In this document: one piece after another, positions 1 through 12,530 of the stretch
How the letters are laid out: each line of letters opens with the position of its first letter
How positions within the stretch are numbered: position 1 is the first letter of the stretch
NCBI GenBank assembly: GCA_964016885.1
Contig: OZ024746.1
Span: 84,506,001 to 84,570,000 of the forward strand
Origin: Eledone cirrhosa
Lineage: Eukaryota
Reading direction: 5' to 3'
DNA: 64,000 nucleotides
The notes under the pieces: model-generated
What the model was told of the DNA's origin: nothing
Database searches by the model: none
Seen by the model: only the letters and a program-made list of their open reading frames with translations
Made by a program: the position numbers and the translations under genes

Positions 1-182
1 TTTTATGTGAAAACGGCCCTGATAAACTAGAAGTTGGTTCTTGGCCAGTTGTCTGTCAGTTCTCTAGCATTGGTTCACTTGGACCTACTGCAGAAAAATG
101 GTTGTGTGGAGAATTTCACCAGAGTTTGGCAGCCTGCCGTGCTAGTGTATTACCCATGTCAGCACCTGAAAAGATGAAACTG
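1..182 (+). CDS. TDP1: TDP1 coding exon (5' boundary at or before the window start)
   Basis: Frame from nt 3 reads [42 protein letters not shown]...EKMKL, matching the TDP1 'SWPVVGQFSSVGSLG...KWLCSEF' block. Donor gtgagc at 183 (phase 0). Confidence 0.93.
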
Positions 183-1053
183 GTGAGCAAACACGACATA
201 TTCTCTCTTTTGTAGTGGATCTTGATCTTGTGTGTAGGTAAATGTGTATTATGAGTGTGTCTGTTGTGTTGTCCATGTTGCATTGTGTGTTTGTTTTGCA
301 TTAACTGTATGTATATGTGTTATATTGTCTGTGTGTTACATTGTCTGTATATGTGTCACATTGTTTGTGTGTATATATGTTACATTGTCTGTGAGTGTGT
401 GTTATGTCTTTTGTGTGTGTATGAGTCTCACTGAGTGTATCTATGAATATGTTAAGATGATTAGGTGTAAGCCTTTGATATGTGAATAAAATCTGCTGTC
501 AAAAGACAGCTGAAGTTGTTGCATATTAATCATTATGAAGTTAACATCTAATCTAATCTCATCAATTTCAAGTTCAAAGTATAATCAGTGGTTTGTCTCA
601 GAGTAATCTCCCTTGATAATCGTCCACTTCAGTTTCTATCAAAATCAATGTATATCATCACGACCATATTTATCATCAATTTTATGCCTGCTTTTCCACA
701 CTTGCATGGTTTGGGATTATTTGAGGCAGGGTTTCTATGGCTATTGTATATAGTGCTAATGTTCATTGAACTTCTTTGCTGCAGGACGTATTGTTTACAG
801 ACGGCTTAAACAATGTCATTGCAGGTGTTTATAAATAGCAGTTGAACTGAAATCATTTAGGGTTGAGAGGGTTAGTCATTTGTTGGAGACATAATAAAAA
901 ACACTCAGTACACTCTATAAAACGGTTGATATTAGGAAAGGAACCCAGCCATAAAAACTGTGCCAAAAAATGGAATGTATGAGTGAGATGAGATGCTTCA
1001 GTCTGTCCATTCTCAAACTGAAAATGAAACACCAATTTTCTCATCTCTCAACA

Positions 1054-1099
<46 letters not shown>

Positions 1100-1681
1100 A
1101 TGATGATGATGATATATATATATATATATGTGTGTGTGTGTCTTTTGTACTTTTGATTTTCACAAAATATGTGAGCAACTATTTGAAATTCATGAGTCAG
1201 AGTATTTCTTTAGACGATATTATGCCTAGAAGATCTGCCTCTGTTGAGACTTCTTAAATGGCAGCAAAGAGAAATAGCTACCACTAGAAAACCTAATGTG
1301 TCCACTTTTGTTGTTGATCTCTACAGCTGTCATTGGATAAAATTATCTTACTAACTCTGAATATTTCATTCCAATTACACTATCTTCCATGCTAACATTA
1401 TGTAAGGTTGTCTCCCTTGCATCCATTGATTGACTCAGTATGGAAAAGTGGACTTAAAACGATAAAAAGTATTCTCTTATTCTTTTGCTTGTTACTGTCA
1501 TTGGACTTCGGTATTTGGTAATTATATTATCGATCCTGGAAGGAGAAAGGCAAAGTTGAATTGGGTGGGATTTGAACTTGGTCATGGGATTTAACCAAAT
1601 AACACAAGCTACTTTGTCCAATGCACTGTAGAATCTGCCCCCCCCCCATTTGTTGATATATATATATATATGCACACACAC

Positions 1682-1729
<48 letters not shown>

Positions 1730-2029
1730 TCTTATGCACACACACATATACATATATTAACACACATATATAACGAATGAAAACAAGGCAAAACAAAGAA
1801 CATTTTTTTGAAGGGAAACCTTAAAACTGACACAGAATCCAAGGTCTACAGCCATCGAGATGGGTTTCTGGCAGTTTCAACCCCTACCAACGGTACTGCT
1901 GGCCTACCCAGGGTCACAGCATATGACACAAGTAAAAGACAAGACAAAAAAATGTATAGCAATTAAGCCATTGTACTTTTATAGCAACGGAAGTCTTGTG
2001 AGACTGAAACAACGGATGTAAAGAAAGTA

Positions 2030-2108
<79 letters not shown>

Positions 2109-2170
2109 CAGACCATGTACATAGGTATCTAAACTATATGTTTTCGCCTACATTAAGTTCCAGCCGAGAG

Positions 2171-2244
2171 CAGAGTAAGGTGCATTAGCTTGATGACGAC
2201 CAGAGTCAGAAACGATGTCGTCAGTTACCCACCCTTAGCTTCTG
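2171..2244 (+). ncRNA. Type-I hammerhead ribozyme-like motif (core appears to lack C3)
   Basis: tagct-TGATGA-c-gac-caga-gtc-a-GAAA-cga-tg-tcg-TC-agtta, with an extended bulged stem I (cagag..taagg / ctta..ttctg). Confidence 0.6.
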
Positions 2245-2513
2245 TTGGAATCTGCTAGATGGCGCTATGTCATCAGTTTCCAAATTCATAGTTGAAGGCT
2301 TTCAAAACGTTTATTCATAAACATACCATATATCTCTAGATATACAAAAACACATACTATATATATGTAATTATGGTGGATACCTGTTGGGCATTAGGAA
2401 GTGACCACAGTTCAAAAAGGAATTCAATATGTTAATAGAGTATAGACATCTTTATTTGATATAGAAATGACTTCTACAGGACTAGAACTGTTTCATTTGT
2501 GTGTATGTGTGTG

Positions 2514-2554
<41 letters not shown>

Positions 2555-2582
2555 TCTCATACTTATTTTTCTTCCTTTTCAG

Positions 2583-2698
2583 ATCTTCCCTAGTGTAGAA
2601 AATGTGCGGATCAGTCTTGAAGGTTATCCAGCTGGCACTTGTCTTCCTTATAGTATACAAACAGCTTCCAAGCAGCCATACCTATTGAAATTCTTACA
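2583..2698 (+). CDS. TDP1: TDP1 coding exon
   Basis: Acceptor ttttcag. Encodes [38 protein letters not shown](H). Donor gtaggt at 2699; 116 nt, phase 0 to 2. Confidence 0.96.
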
Positions 2699-2950
2699 GT
2701 AGGTTCCTTTATTCTTTTTCTCTTATTCTTTTACTAGTTTCAGTCATCGGACTACAGCCATGCTGGGGTACTCTGGGTTTTGTCAATCATGCCAATCACA
2801 GTACTTATTTTTTTCAAGTATATCAAGTATTTCTTTCTGTCAAACCGTTAAGTTATGTGACACAAAGACGGATATAGTCACTTACACTTATATTTGTTCA
2901 TGCGCGCGCGCACACGCGCACACGCACGCACGCACGCACGCACACACGCA

Positions 2951-3000
<50 letters not shown>

Positions 3001-5408
3001 TGCGCACGCACACACACACACATATTTTCTAATCTATTATTTATAGCAACAACTGTGTTTACAGTTATTATCTGTGTCTGAAATTCCTACATTTTCTATA
3101 GATTGCATAAATACTCAGTGTTTTGATAATGTTGTTTAGATTTCAAAATTTACTTCTCTAATTTAGACTGAAATTGTTGTTTAGTATTCGAATGAACTAT
3201 AGTCATCAACTTCATCATCATTGTCTAACGCCTATTTTCCACACTTGCATGGGTTAGACAGGTAGTCACATTATGAGACAAGTCAGGTCAGGTGATCACT
3301 TCTTGGTCATATAGATCTGTATTTTGGCTTGGTTTCTATGACTTGATGATCTTCCCAATGCCAGCCATGTTACAGTCTGGACAGAGTTATTTTTATTGTG
3401 GCACTAAAACAACCATCTGTCAGGGTGGACTGGGTACTTTTTCATCTAAATATAGTGTGAAGGCATGTGACTTACTGGTTAGGGATCCATTGTGTCTATG
3501 AGCAAGACATTTTATTTCATGTTGCTGCAGTTCACTGTTATAAAAATGAATTGTGACATCATTGGTGCTAAGCTGTATCAGCCTTTCCCTTGGATAATGT
3601 GTCATGGAGAAGGGAGACTGTTATGCATGGGCAACTGCTGGCCTTCCTCAGAAACACCTAGTCTGGTCTTGCGCCTCAGAGGGGAATTTTCTAGGTGCAA
3701 AACCCATGGTCATTCATGACTGAAGGGGATCTTTATCCTTTACCATTTATTAAATGTAAGACTACATTGTACAGTGTGTCATTCCTTTTTCTTTTTCTTT
3801 TTTATAAAGCAGTTGAGTGTCATTTGAGGGAGATTTGGCTTCTATGTCTCACAAGTTGCATATCATATAGAGGGTCTCCCATTGGTTACTTTTTAGATAT
3901 TGTTTTATTTTGGGTGTTTGTGAAAAATATATATTGGCATGGTCTAGAATTGAACTGCACAATCTTGCAAGGTTTCTACAGTCATATCCTCTATGGAACT
4001 GTTCTGTTTGAAATACAAACTATATTATAATGGTTGTACAGCATTTTTTTTATCCATCTGTCACAAGAACTGGCTGTTAAACATACATTGTAACCATAAC
4101 ATATTCAATTGTGCACAGCTTCGGTTAAAAGCCCGTACTGTTTATACAGATAGGAATTTATAATATACTTCAGCAGCTCAGTGCACAATTTAATATGTAG
4201 TTGAATTAACTACCTTTCTTGCAGCTTTGTTTAAAAACCTGTACTGTTTGTACAGATACGTATTGCAACCATAAATACTGACAGACAAACACGACATACA
4301 TATGCTTACACACACACATAATCCACAAACAGCTTTGTTAAAGTTTGGTGAAGAAACATTACTTACTAGTGGACCTGTTCTACCAATAATGATAGCAACA
4401 GCATTGAACATATTTAATTTTGGGAATCCAGGATAAGTATGTCATCTATACCAGGATTACTGGATATATGAATAATCATACAAACTGAGGAATTTATATT
4501 GTGATAAATTAATGGTTTACATAAGAAAAACTCTATGGTTTATGTTGATTACTGACATATGGAAGTGATTAAAGATAAGAATGATATTTTAATAAATCAT
4601 TTCTAGGATATAATTACATAAATTTTCGGTATATATGTACAAATGTTATACAGGTATGAGTAACTTTGGAGAAATTATTAATTACAGGGACAAATGTAGG
4701 GTTAGAGCTTAGGATCTTGTGATTGGAAAGCTAACTTCTTATTATAACATGTATGTTGGTGTGAGAAAATTTTAATGAGTTACAGACACACATGTATATA
4801 AATAAATATACAAACACACATGGCATATTATTATGGTTGATTCTGTCTGCAGAACAATAGGTTATGTACTAATGTAAATAAAAAGCATAGATGTTGCTTA
4901 GCTGCTGCCTGATATCTTCTTAACTCTACAGATACAAATCAGAAATAGAAACACTTTCTCTCTTTCTTTATGTTTGTCTGTCTGTTTGTCTCTTTCACTC
5001 TCTCTCTCTATATATTTCTCACTCTTTTTCTTTCTCTCTCACTCTCTCTCTATTTATCTCTCTTACCCTCTCTCTCTATCTGTCTCTCCCACTTTCTCTC
5101 TCTATCTGCCTCTCACTCATTGCCTGCTTATCCCTCACTCTCTATCTGTTCTGTTTCTGTCTCTTATTTTGTCATACTCCCTTTTTTTGTTGTTGCTCTA
5201 TCTCTCTTTCACTCTCTCTTTGTCTGTCTATCTCTACATTGTCACTTTTTCCTTGTCTCTATATATCTCTTGGTCTGTCTCTATCACTTTGTCTCATTCT
5301 CTATTTGTTTATCTTTCACTCTTGCTTTCTCTATCTCTCACTGTCTTTTATTTACTTTCTTTCTCTCAGTCTCTCTCTATCAATCATTCTTCCTCTCTTC
5401 TATTTTAG

Positions 5409-5516
5409 TCAGTGGAAATCAGAAGGTCGTGGTCGTACCAGAGCTTGTCCCCACATAAAGACATACATGCGGTCATCTCCTGACTATTCCATAGCCTCGT
5501 GGTTTATTGTTACAAG
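5409..5516 (+). CDS. TDP1: TDP1 coding exon carrying the second catalytic HxK motif (PHIKTY)
   Basis: Acceptor ttttag. Encodes [35 protein letters not shown](S). Donor gtaagt at 5517; 108 nt, phase 2 to 2. Confidence 0.97.
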
Positions 5517-5589
5517 GTAAGTGTCATTAAAAACAAAAATCACTTTTTATATATTCTTCTTCTCCTCCCCCTCCTCTTCCTTGTCCTCC

Positions 5590-6260
5590 TCCTCCTCCTG
5601 AGAGGGACGTAGGAGCAGAGTTGTTAAACACTCTTTCCAGTGGGTCCTGCCAGAAGCAACCATTTCCAACTGATCCAGCTGGATCCCCAAGTGAGAGCAA
5701 CTGAGCTCATGGATGTTATCCAACCATCTTGCTTAGGGTCTACCCTTGGGTTTCCTGCTAGTTGGTTTTGCCCATAAAATCTGTCCATCAATTCTTTCCT
5801 GAGACATTCTAACCACATGCCCATAGTATCAGCACTGTGATATCTCAGCTTGGAGAAGTAGCAGCTCTACCTGAAGCAACCCCCTCTGATCTCCGAGCTA
5901 CACACTCTATCGCTTGTATTCGCGATCATAATCTTTCAGTCATTACCCAAGATTCATGACCATGCTTAAGAGTTGGCACGAATACTGAATTGAAGATAGC
6001 AAGTTTGGCTTTTGTACCTACCACCCTCCTTCTGATTACCGAATGCTTCAGTGGAACTCCATTCACATGTAGAGCGCACTGTGTAGGCTTGCTTGAGAGA
6101 ATGAGTGTCTCAGTTTTTGCAGCACTGATTTTCATTCCAGCCATGCACCACTCAGCATTAAACCTATCAAGTGCAAGTCGGAGATCACCTTCTGTCAAGT
6201 TAAGTAACATCATGTAGTCTGCAAATTCCAGCCAACTGATTTTACAACTGCCAGTCATGA
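5590..6260 (-). mobile_element. Degenerate, internally deleted RTE-clade LINE fragment
   Basis: ORFs 5926-6258 (LEFADY..., GMKISAAKTE, PTLKHGHESW) and 5624-5824 (GNPR...W) resemble RTE reverse transcriptase and C-terminal regions. Related 3' pieces at about 18390-18520, 25852-26010 and 38090-38270. Confidence 0.75.
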
Positions 6261-6609
6261 TACTTTTTATATCACTATTATTATATTTTCTGCAAAGAGA
6301 TGTGACTGGCAGATAATATTAGTAATGGAAAGACCAATGGAATGACCAGTGGAAACATAGTTTCCTTGGTCCAATCATAGTTCTTACAGTGGGCCTCCCC
6401 TTTCAAAGATCACATTATGCTTAGCCAATATCTTTTTACTAACCTTTTGAATAACTAACCTTTTGAAACATTACTCAACAAAAAATTCTTAAATAAAATT
6501 ATGATGGAAGGTTTTAATGTAAGTATGAACATTCTAAAATGAGCAGTTGTATATCATAAAATCAGGTTGGTATCAAAAGTGACATTAACTTTTTAGAATT
6601 TACATTACT

Positions 6610-7385
6610 TCTCCCTCAGAATGAAAGGCAGACTGTATGATGCGTGTATCCGAACAGCGATGTTGCATGGTAGTGAGACCTGGGCGCTGAAGGTGGAAGA
6701 CTTACGTAGATTAGAGAGAAACGAAGCCTGCATGCTCCGATGGATGTGTAACAGTAATATACGTGAACGACAAAGCATAAAGGAATTGAGAGAGAGACTG
6801 AGCATAAGAGGAATCAAATGCTGCGTGCAGGAGAGGCGGTTACGCTGGTATGGACATGTGATGCGTATGAAGGATGACAGCTGCATAAAAAGGTGCAGAG
6901 CACTAGAAGTTGATGGAAACCGCGGAGTGGGGAGACCCAAGATGACTTGGGATGAGGTGATAAAAGCCGACCTTACCCAACTACACCTCTCAAAGTCAAT
7001 GACACACGACCGTGACTTCTGGCGTCACGCAGTAATACAGGGTACCCGACCTCCCATGGGTACATGCTGAAGCATATAAACAATATGCCCCCCCCCCCCC
7101 CCCCCCCACCGCAAGGTGGTCGTGGAGGTGCCACGGCAAAAAAGCACCCAGCCCACACTGTAAAGTGGACGTGTAGGCGCCACGAAAAAGCACCCAGCAC
7201 TCACTGTAAATGAGGTTGGTGTTAGGAAGGGCATCCAGCTGTAGAAATCAAGCCAGATCAGTTCCTGTATGAGCAACGCATGGTCAGCCGACCAGACACT
7301 GCCCACAACAGGACAACCCGTCTAACCCATGCTAGCGTGGAAGAACGGACGTAAAACGGTGATGATGATGATGATGATGATGATG
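6610..7385 (+). mobile_element. 5'-truncated RTE-clade LINE (ORF2 C-terminus, 3' UTR and (GAT)n tail)
   Basis: ORF 6621-7070 has RTE motifs (YDACIRTAMLHGSETW, ERRLRWYGHVMR, GRPKMTW). (GAT)n tail at about 7359-7387. Candidate TSD attact at 6604-6609 and 7386-7391. Confidence 0.9.
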
Positions 7386-8051
7386 ATTACTCTATATATA
7401 CTATTGTATTTTCACAGTAAAGGCTTTACCTCACATAATTATCTCACATAATATCAAATCTATGAGATTTTGATATTATTTATTTTAAGAACAATACATA
7501 AGTATGAGCAGCGAATTACAGCTGGTTTGAATAGAAAGAGGTGAGAGGCTGGTTTAAATGATAATGGGTTAAGTTAAACATTTAGGAACATCCACATGAT
7601 GATGATGTCCAAATACACAAAACAATTACAGTGGATTTGAATTTAATGCTGTATCCATTTGGCCATTTCATTTTTATCATGTGTGACAGATGTTGCTGTC
7701 TAACATCAATCAGACCTTTGATCAAAAACATTTCAGCTCTGCCATGCCATATATTTCATTTTTGTATATCTTTGACTACATTATCCAATGTGTCCTTTTT
7801 TATAAGAGAAATGGTATGATTTGAGGGAAATTTACCTACTGTTTCTAGCAGGTGGTGTGACTGCATGGTAGCTACCACACTGGCTGTTTGAATTAGTTTT
7901 GCATGTGTATTATATTCTAGTAGTTCATTAAATGTATGGTGATTGAAAATGTTTGTTTGTATATTTTCAACATTCTAATTTTCTACACATCTCTCACACA
8001 CACACACATACAAACAAGTTCTATTGATATTTATATTCTACTTTTCAACAG

Positions 8052-8154
8052 TGCCAATCTGTCCAAAGCAGCCTGGGGTGTACTGGAGAAGGATGGTTCA
8101 CAGTTCATGATACGCTCATATGAATTAGGAGTCCTTTTCATGCCAAATGTTTTT
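8052..8154 (+). CDS. TDP1: TDP1 coding exon ([10 protein letters not shown] motif)
   Basis: Acceptor ttcaacag. Encodes [34 protein letters not shown]. Donor gtaagt at 8155; 103 nt, phase 2 to 0. Confidence 0.97.
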
Positions 8155-8191
8155 GTAAGTTTACTTACCATTATTATTTATATTTATATAA

Positions 8192-8385
8192 ATGGGTGAA
8201 GGGCGATGAATTAGCAGTATCGGTAGAGGGTTGGACGCCATGTTTTCTAGCATAGTTACGTCCCTTTACGATCTGAGTTCAAATCCCGCTGAGGTTAACT
8301 TTGCCTTTCATCCTTACGGGGTCGATAAAATAAAGTACGAGTAATGTACTGGGTAATTGCTGGCCTTGTGCCTAAAGTAGAAACA
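8192..8385 (+). mobile_element. tRNA-derived SINE, full length
   Basis: A-box-like tagcagtatcgg, B-box gagttcaaatccc, body gcctttcatccttacggggtcgataaaat, tail agaaacaatt. 19-bp TSD attatttatatttatataa at 8173-8191 and 8386-8404. Confidence 0.85.
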
Positions 8386-8404
8386 ATTATTTATATTTAT
8401 ATAA

Positions 8405-8565
8405 GGTGGTGGATTGGCGGAATCAGTAGAGCGTCAGACAACATGCTTAGCGGCAGAGAGTTACGGCCCTTTGCGTTCTGAGTTCAAATCCCACTGAGGT
8501 TAATCTTGCCTTTCATCCTTATGGGGTTGATAAAATAAAGCAGCAGTAATGCCTAAATCAGAAAC
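8405..8565 (+). mobile_element. Same SINE family, internally deleted copy
   Basis: ggtggtggattggcggaatc...gagttcaaatccc...gcctttcatcctt...gcctaaatcagaaacc. Confidence 0.8.
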
Positions 8566-8835
8566 CACACTTTGTGTTGTAATTTGTCTATATATTGTCG
8601 CCACCATCTTGGGTCCTTATGAAATTATAATTAGATAAAGAAATAATAATTATTATTATTAATCATATTTTTATTGCATGTTGTTACTGCATTACCGAGC
8701 ACAGTTACCGAGCCTTGGGTATGTGCAGTGTATTTTTTTTTTTTTTTTGTGGTGTTGTTTCTACGGTATTTAGAGTACCCTTTGTAATATGTGTCTGTGC
8801 CTCATAATGCTATTATTTTTATTATTGGATTGGCA

Positions 8836-9055
8836 AGGGTGGTAGATTGACAGAATCAATAAAGTATTGGACACCATGCTTTGCAGCATATAGTTATGGC
8901 CCTTTATGTTCTGAGTTCTAATCTCACTGAGGTCAGCTTTGCCTTTCATCCTTGTGGGGGTCAATAAAATGAAGTACCAGTAACACACTGGGGTTGATTT
9001 AATCGACTTTCCTCTCCCCCAAATTGTTGGCCTTGTGCCTAAATCAGAAACCTTT
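8836..9055 (+). mobile_element. Same SINE family, longer subfamily
   Basis: Same head and body, plus the insert ggggttgatttaatcgactt...caaatt before ggccttgtgcctaaatcagaaac. Confidence 0.8.
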
Positions 9056-9263
9056 ATTATTGTTATTATTATGGACTATTGAAGTAGAAGCCACACTTTA
9101 CATTGGCTCTATAAAGTTTGTATTATTTTTGTTTATTTTGTTGATGTGGCACCCTCTGTTGGGGTGTCGGCTTTCTTAATTTTGTTAATTTAAAAAAAAA
9201 AAATATTTATATAAATTTATATACATTGATTCTGATACCAAATGTGGAGAATGCAATGAAAGG

Positions 9264-9347
<84 letters not shown>

Positions 9348-9980
9348 TTTAACACCAACTGAAGGGAAGAGTGAGGAAGACAGTGTCTCTATAATAGAGA
9401 TGGACTCAAAAAGAAAACAAAACCATATTATTTTAATTAATGGTTTTAATTAATGGTTTTAAACATACAAAATAATATTGGAAACACATCCAACAAGAAT
9501 AACAACAATAATAGCAGCAGCAACAATAATAACAATGAAAACAACAACGATAAAAATGAAAACAACAACAAAAACAACAGCAGCGAAAATAACGATAAAA
9601 TCGAAAAAGACAATAACAAGGAAAAAAACAACAAAAACAAGTCAACCAGCAAACAATGGCAGCATTACCAAATCTTTTGCTGGTGCCATGAAAACTTCTT
9701 TTTCAAAGATCCCTTTCTCTGAAGAAGAAGTAAAACAAGCAAGACACGGCCACATTGTAAACCTCAACACCCCCAGCGAAACTATCCAAAATATGACATG
9801 TTGGACCATAACATTTTGTATTGGAATAAAAACTAGGAAGGTCGAAAGAGTGATGAGTGCTCCACTTGTTCAAACACTAGAATGGTCTTTCTATGAAAAT
9901 AATGGGCAAGTAGCTGAGCATTCCACAGACACGTGTACCCTTCACAGTGTGTGACAAGCCTGGCCCTTTGAATTACAGGT

Positions 9981-10258
9981 ATCATCATCATCACCGTTTT
10001 ATGTCTGTTCTTCTATGCTAGCATGGGTTAGATGGGTTGTCTTGTTGTGGGCAGTGTCCGGTTGGCTGACCTTGTCTTGCTCATACAGGAACTGATTCTG
10101 GCTTGATTTCTACAGCTGGATGCCCTTCCTAACACCAACCTCATTTACAGTGAGTGCTGGGTGCTTTTTTCCGTGGCGCCTACACTGTCCACTTTACAGT
10201 GTGGGCTGGGTGCTTTTTTTTTTTTTTTGCCGTGGCACCTCCACAACCACTTTGCAGT
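9981..10258 (-). mobile_element. Short copy of the RTE 3' UTR and tail (antisense to about 7105-7385)
   Basis: Near reverse-complement match to 7105-7370, including the (CAT)n/(GAT)n tail and the ORF-track twin peptide MPFLTPTSFTVSAGCFF. Confidence 0.85.
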
Positions 10259-10289
10259 GGAATGATAGGGACCCCAGTCCTATCATCTC

Positions 10290-10550
10290 ATTTCTACAGC
10301 TGAGTAAACTGGAGCAATGTGAAATAAAGTGTCTTGCTCAAGGAAACAACACATCACCCAGTCCGAGGATTGAACTCACAACCTTTCGATTGCAAGCCCA
10401 TGTGCCTTCTGGCATAATTAATTGTTTTCTACCTGAGTAAACTAGAGCAATGTGAAATAAAGTGCCTTGCTCAAGAACTCAATGCACCACTGGGAATCAA
10501 ACTCACGACCTTACGATCATGAGCCAAACACCCTAACCACTTAACCATGT
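10290..10550 (-). mobile_element. Two tandem copies of a second SINE-like family
   Basis: Repeated tgagtaaactggagcaatgtgaaataaagtgtcttgctcaagg...gattgaactc (reverse B-box). Related pieces near 3500, 18200-18310 and 19560. Confidence 0.65.
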
Positions 10551-10986
10551 AAATGGTGGTAGTATTGTCGTGAATAGGTGTTAGGCATTTACTAGAACTG
10601 ACACCTACCATCACCTATCTCCTACCCCTCATCTCCTCCATCCTCTAACACACACACACACGCACACACACTCTCACACTCTCTCACTCTCTCTCTCTCT
10701 GATTAGTTCATGTTACATGCCTTGCTGTCAGCTAATGTCACCAGGCAGTTGGCAGTAATATAGTCTTACAGTGACTGAATGACATGGTTAGTGCTAGGGA
10801 TGCTGTGTGTGCGCGTAAAGTACATGTGTTTCTATGTTTGTGCATATATACGTTTCTGTGAGTGTTTGTGTGTGTGTGTATATACATATGTATACATAAG
10901 AATGGTTTTCCAAAAAGGAATGGAAAGAGACCACAGTTAAATAAGGTACTCAATGCATAAACAGTGAAGATACAGGATTTATTCCA

Positions 10987-11088
10987 TATAGAAATGACTT
11001 CTATAGGACTAATACTGTTTCATTTGTTTGAAATTATCATAATGAGTTCAAATGAAACAGTTCTAGTTCTGTAGAAGTCAGTTCTATG
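10987..11088. repeat. Palindromic short element (same family as 39028-39140 and 2461-2498)
   Basis: atagaaatgacttctataggactaatactgtttcatttg ... caaatgaaacagttctagttctgtagaagtcagttctat. Confidence 0.75.
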
Positions 11089-11357
11089 GTTTCTACAGCT
11101 GGATGCCTGCACACACATGTTTGATGTTTATTTGTGTGTTTATTTGTTTATTTGTGCATATGTATTTGTGTCAGTCTGTGTGTGTGTAATATATATATAT
11201 CAACATCATTTAATGCCCATGGGTTAAATGGGTTGTCCCATTAGAGACAAGTTGTGTCAAGTGACCATGTCTTGCTTATATATATATATATATATATATA
11301 TATAGATATAGATAGGTAAATATACACGGGTGTGTATGATTGTGTATAGAAGATTAT

Positions 11358-11668
11358 ATTAATAAGAGGAATTCCAACTTTGTCTGATTTACTCGTTTTA
11401 TTTACAATCCTTTAAAATATATATAATGGTATTATAATGAAATAGTATGATAGAATATTAAATTCTAAGTGTTAATTGAAAATTGCAAACTCGACTGTCA
11501 CCACATATCATGAACCTGAAGATTGCGAAAGCATGAAAGTACTTGTTCAATTAACACTTAGAATTTAATATTCTATCATACTATTTCATTATAATACCAT
11601 TATATATATTTTAAAGGATTGTAAATAAAACGAGTAAATCAGACAAAGTTGGAATTCCTCTTATTAAT
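11358..11668. mobile_element. Perfect 123-bp inverted repeat with 65-bp spacer containing a hammerhead (Penelope-like/retrozyme remnant)
   Basis: Arms 11358-11480 and 11546-11668 read as exact reverse complements. Confidence 0.9.
11511..11549 (+). ncRNA. Minimal type-I hammerhead ribozyme, intact core
   Basis: TGAAC-CTGAAGA-t-TGC-GAAA-GCA-t-GAAA-G-ta-C-TT^GTTCA: 5-bp stem I, GNRA-capped stem II, palindromic AAGTACTT stem III. Confidence 0.8.
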
Positions 11669-12217
11669 CATCATCATCATCATCATCGTTTAACGTCCGT
11701 GTTCCATGCTTGCATATATATATATATTATAAATGGCTCCTCTATCAATTTCAACGAGTATTTTGGTTGTTCCATTAATGGAAATATCTATTCATTGTAG
11801 TCTCCCCACCTTTTTATTCTCACTCTCTAAAACGTTTTGCTTTGGGACAAGGCAATCTCTCTATTGCTTGTGTTACGATAATATGTACTTAGTGTATAGA
11901 GTGGTTGGCATTAGGAAGGGCATCCAGCTGTAGAAACCATGCTAAAAAAGGGTTGAAAGGACTCTTCAGTTGTGTCAAGGGCATGACAACCTCACTTACA
12001 TTGGTGCCACAATAAAATACACCCAGCATACTCTGTAAAGTGGTTTATATTAAGACGGGTATCCAGCTGTAGAAACTATGCCATAACTGGAATGTTAGTA
12101 AATAAAGCATGACCTGGATGCTGGCTTGACTATGAAGAAAGTAGCTTTGTTAAGTAGTGAATTGGTCTGTAACCTTCAGTCCAACCTATGCCAGCATGGA
12201 AAACTGGATGTAAAATA

Positions 12218-12530
12218 ATTGTTTCTACTTTTGGCACAAGGCCAGTAATTACCCAGTGCATTACTGGTACTTTTTCTTATTTAGGCACAAGGCGAACAAT
12301 TTTGGGGGAGGGGAAAGTCGATTAAATCGACCCCAGTACGTCACTGATATTTTATTTTATCGACCCTGTAAGGATGAAAAGCAAAGTTAATCTCAGTGGG
12401 ATTTGAACTTAGATCATAAAGGGCCGTAACTCTATGCTGCAGAGCATGGTGTCCGACTCTCTACCGATACTGCCAATCCACCACCCTTAGGTTAACTTTG
12501 CCTTTCATCCTTATGGGGGTCGATAAAATA
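12218..12530 (-). mobile_element. Cluster of SINE pieces (3' fragment and full minus-strand copy to about 12488, then a short plus-strand fragment)
   Basis: aattgtttctacttttggcacaagg...; aggatgaaaagcaaagtt...gggatttgaact...ccgatactgccaatccaccacc. Confidence 0.8.

Noticed and set aside
8192-8300. tRNA genes at the SINE heads
   Set aside because: A and B boxes are present, but there is no full cloverleaf and each head is joined to the SINE body and tail.
9478-9954. 158-aa ORF
   Set aside because: The first half is an (AAC)n repeat and the remainder has no recognisable motif.
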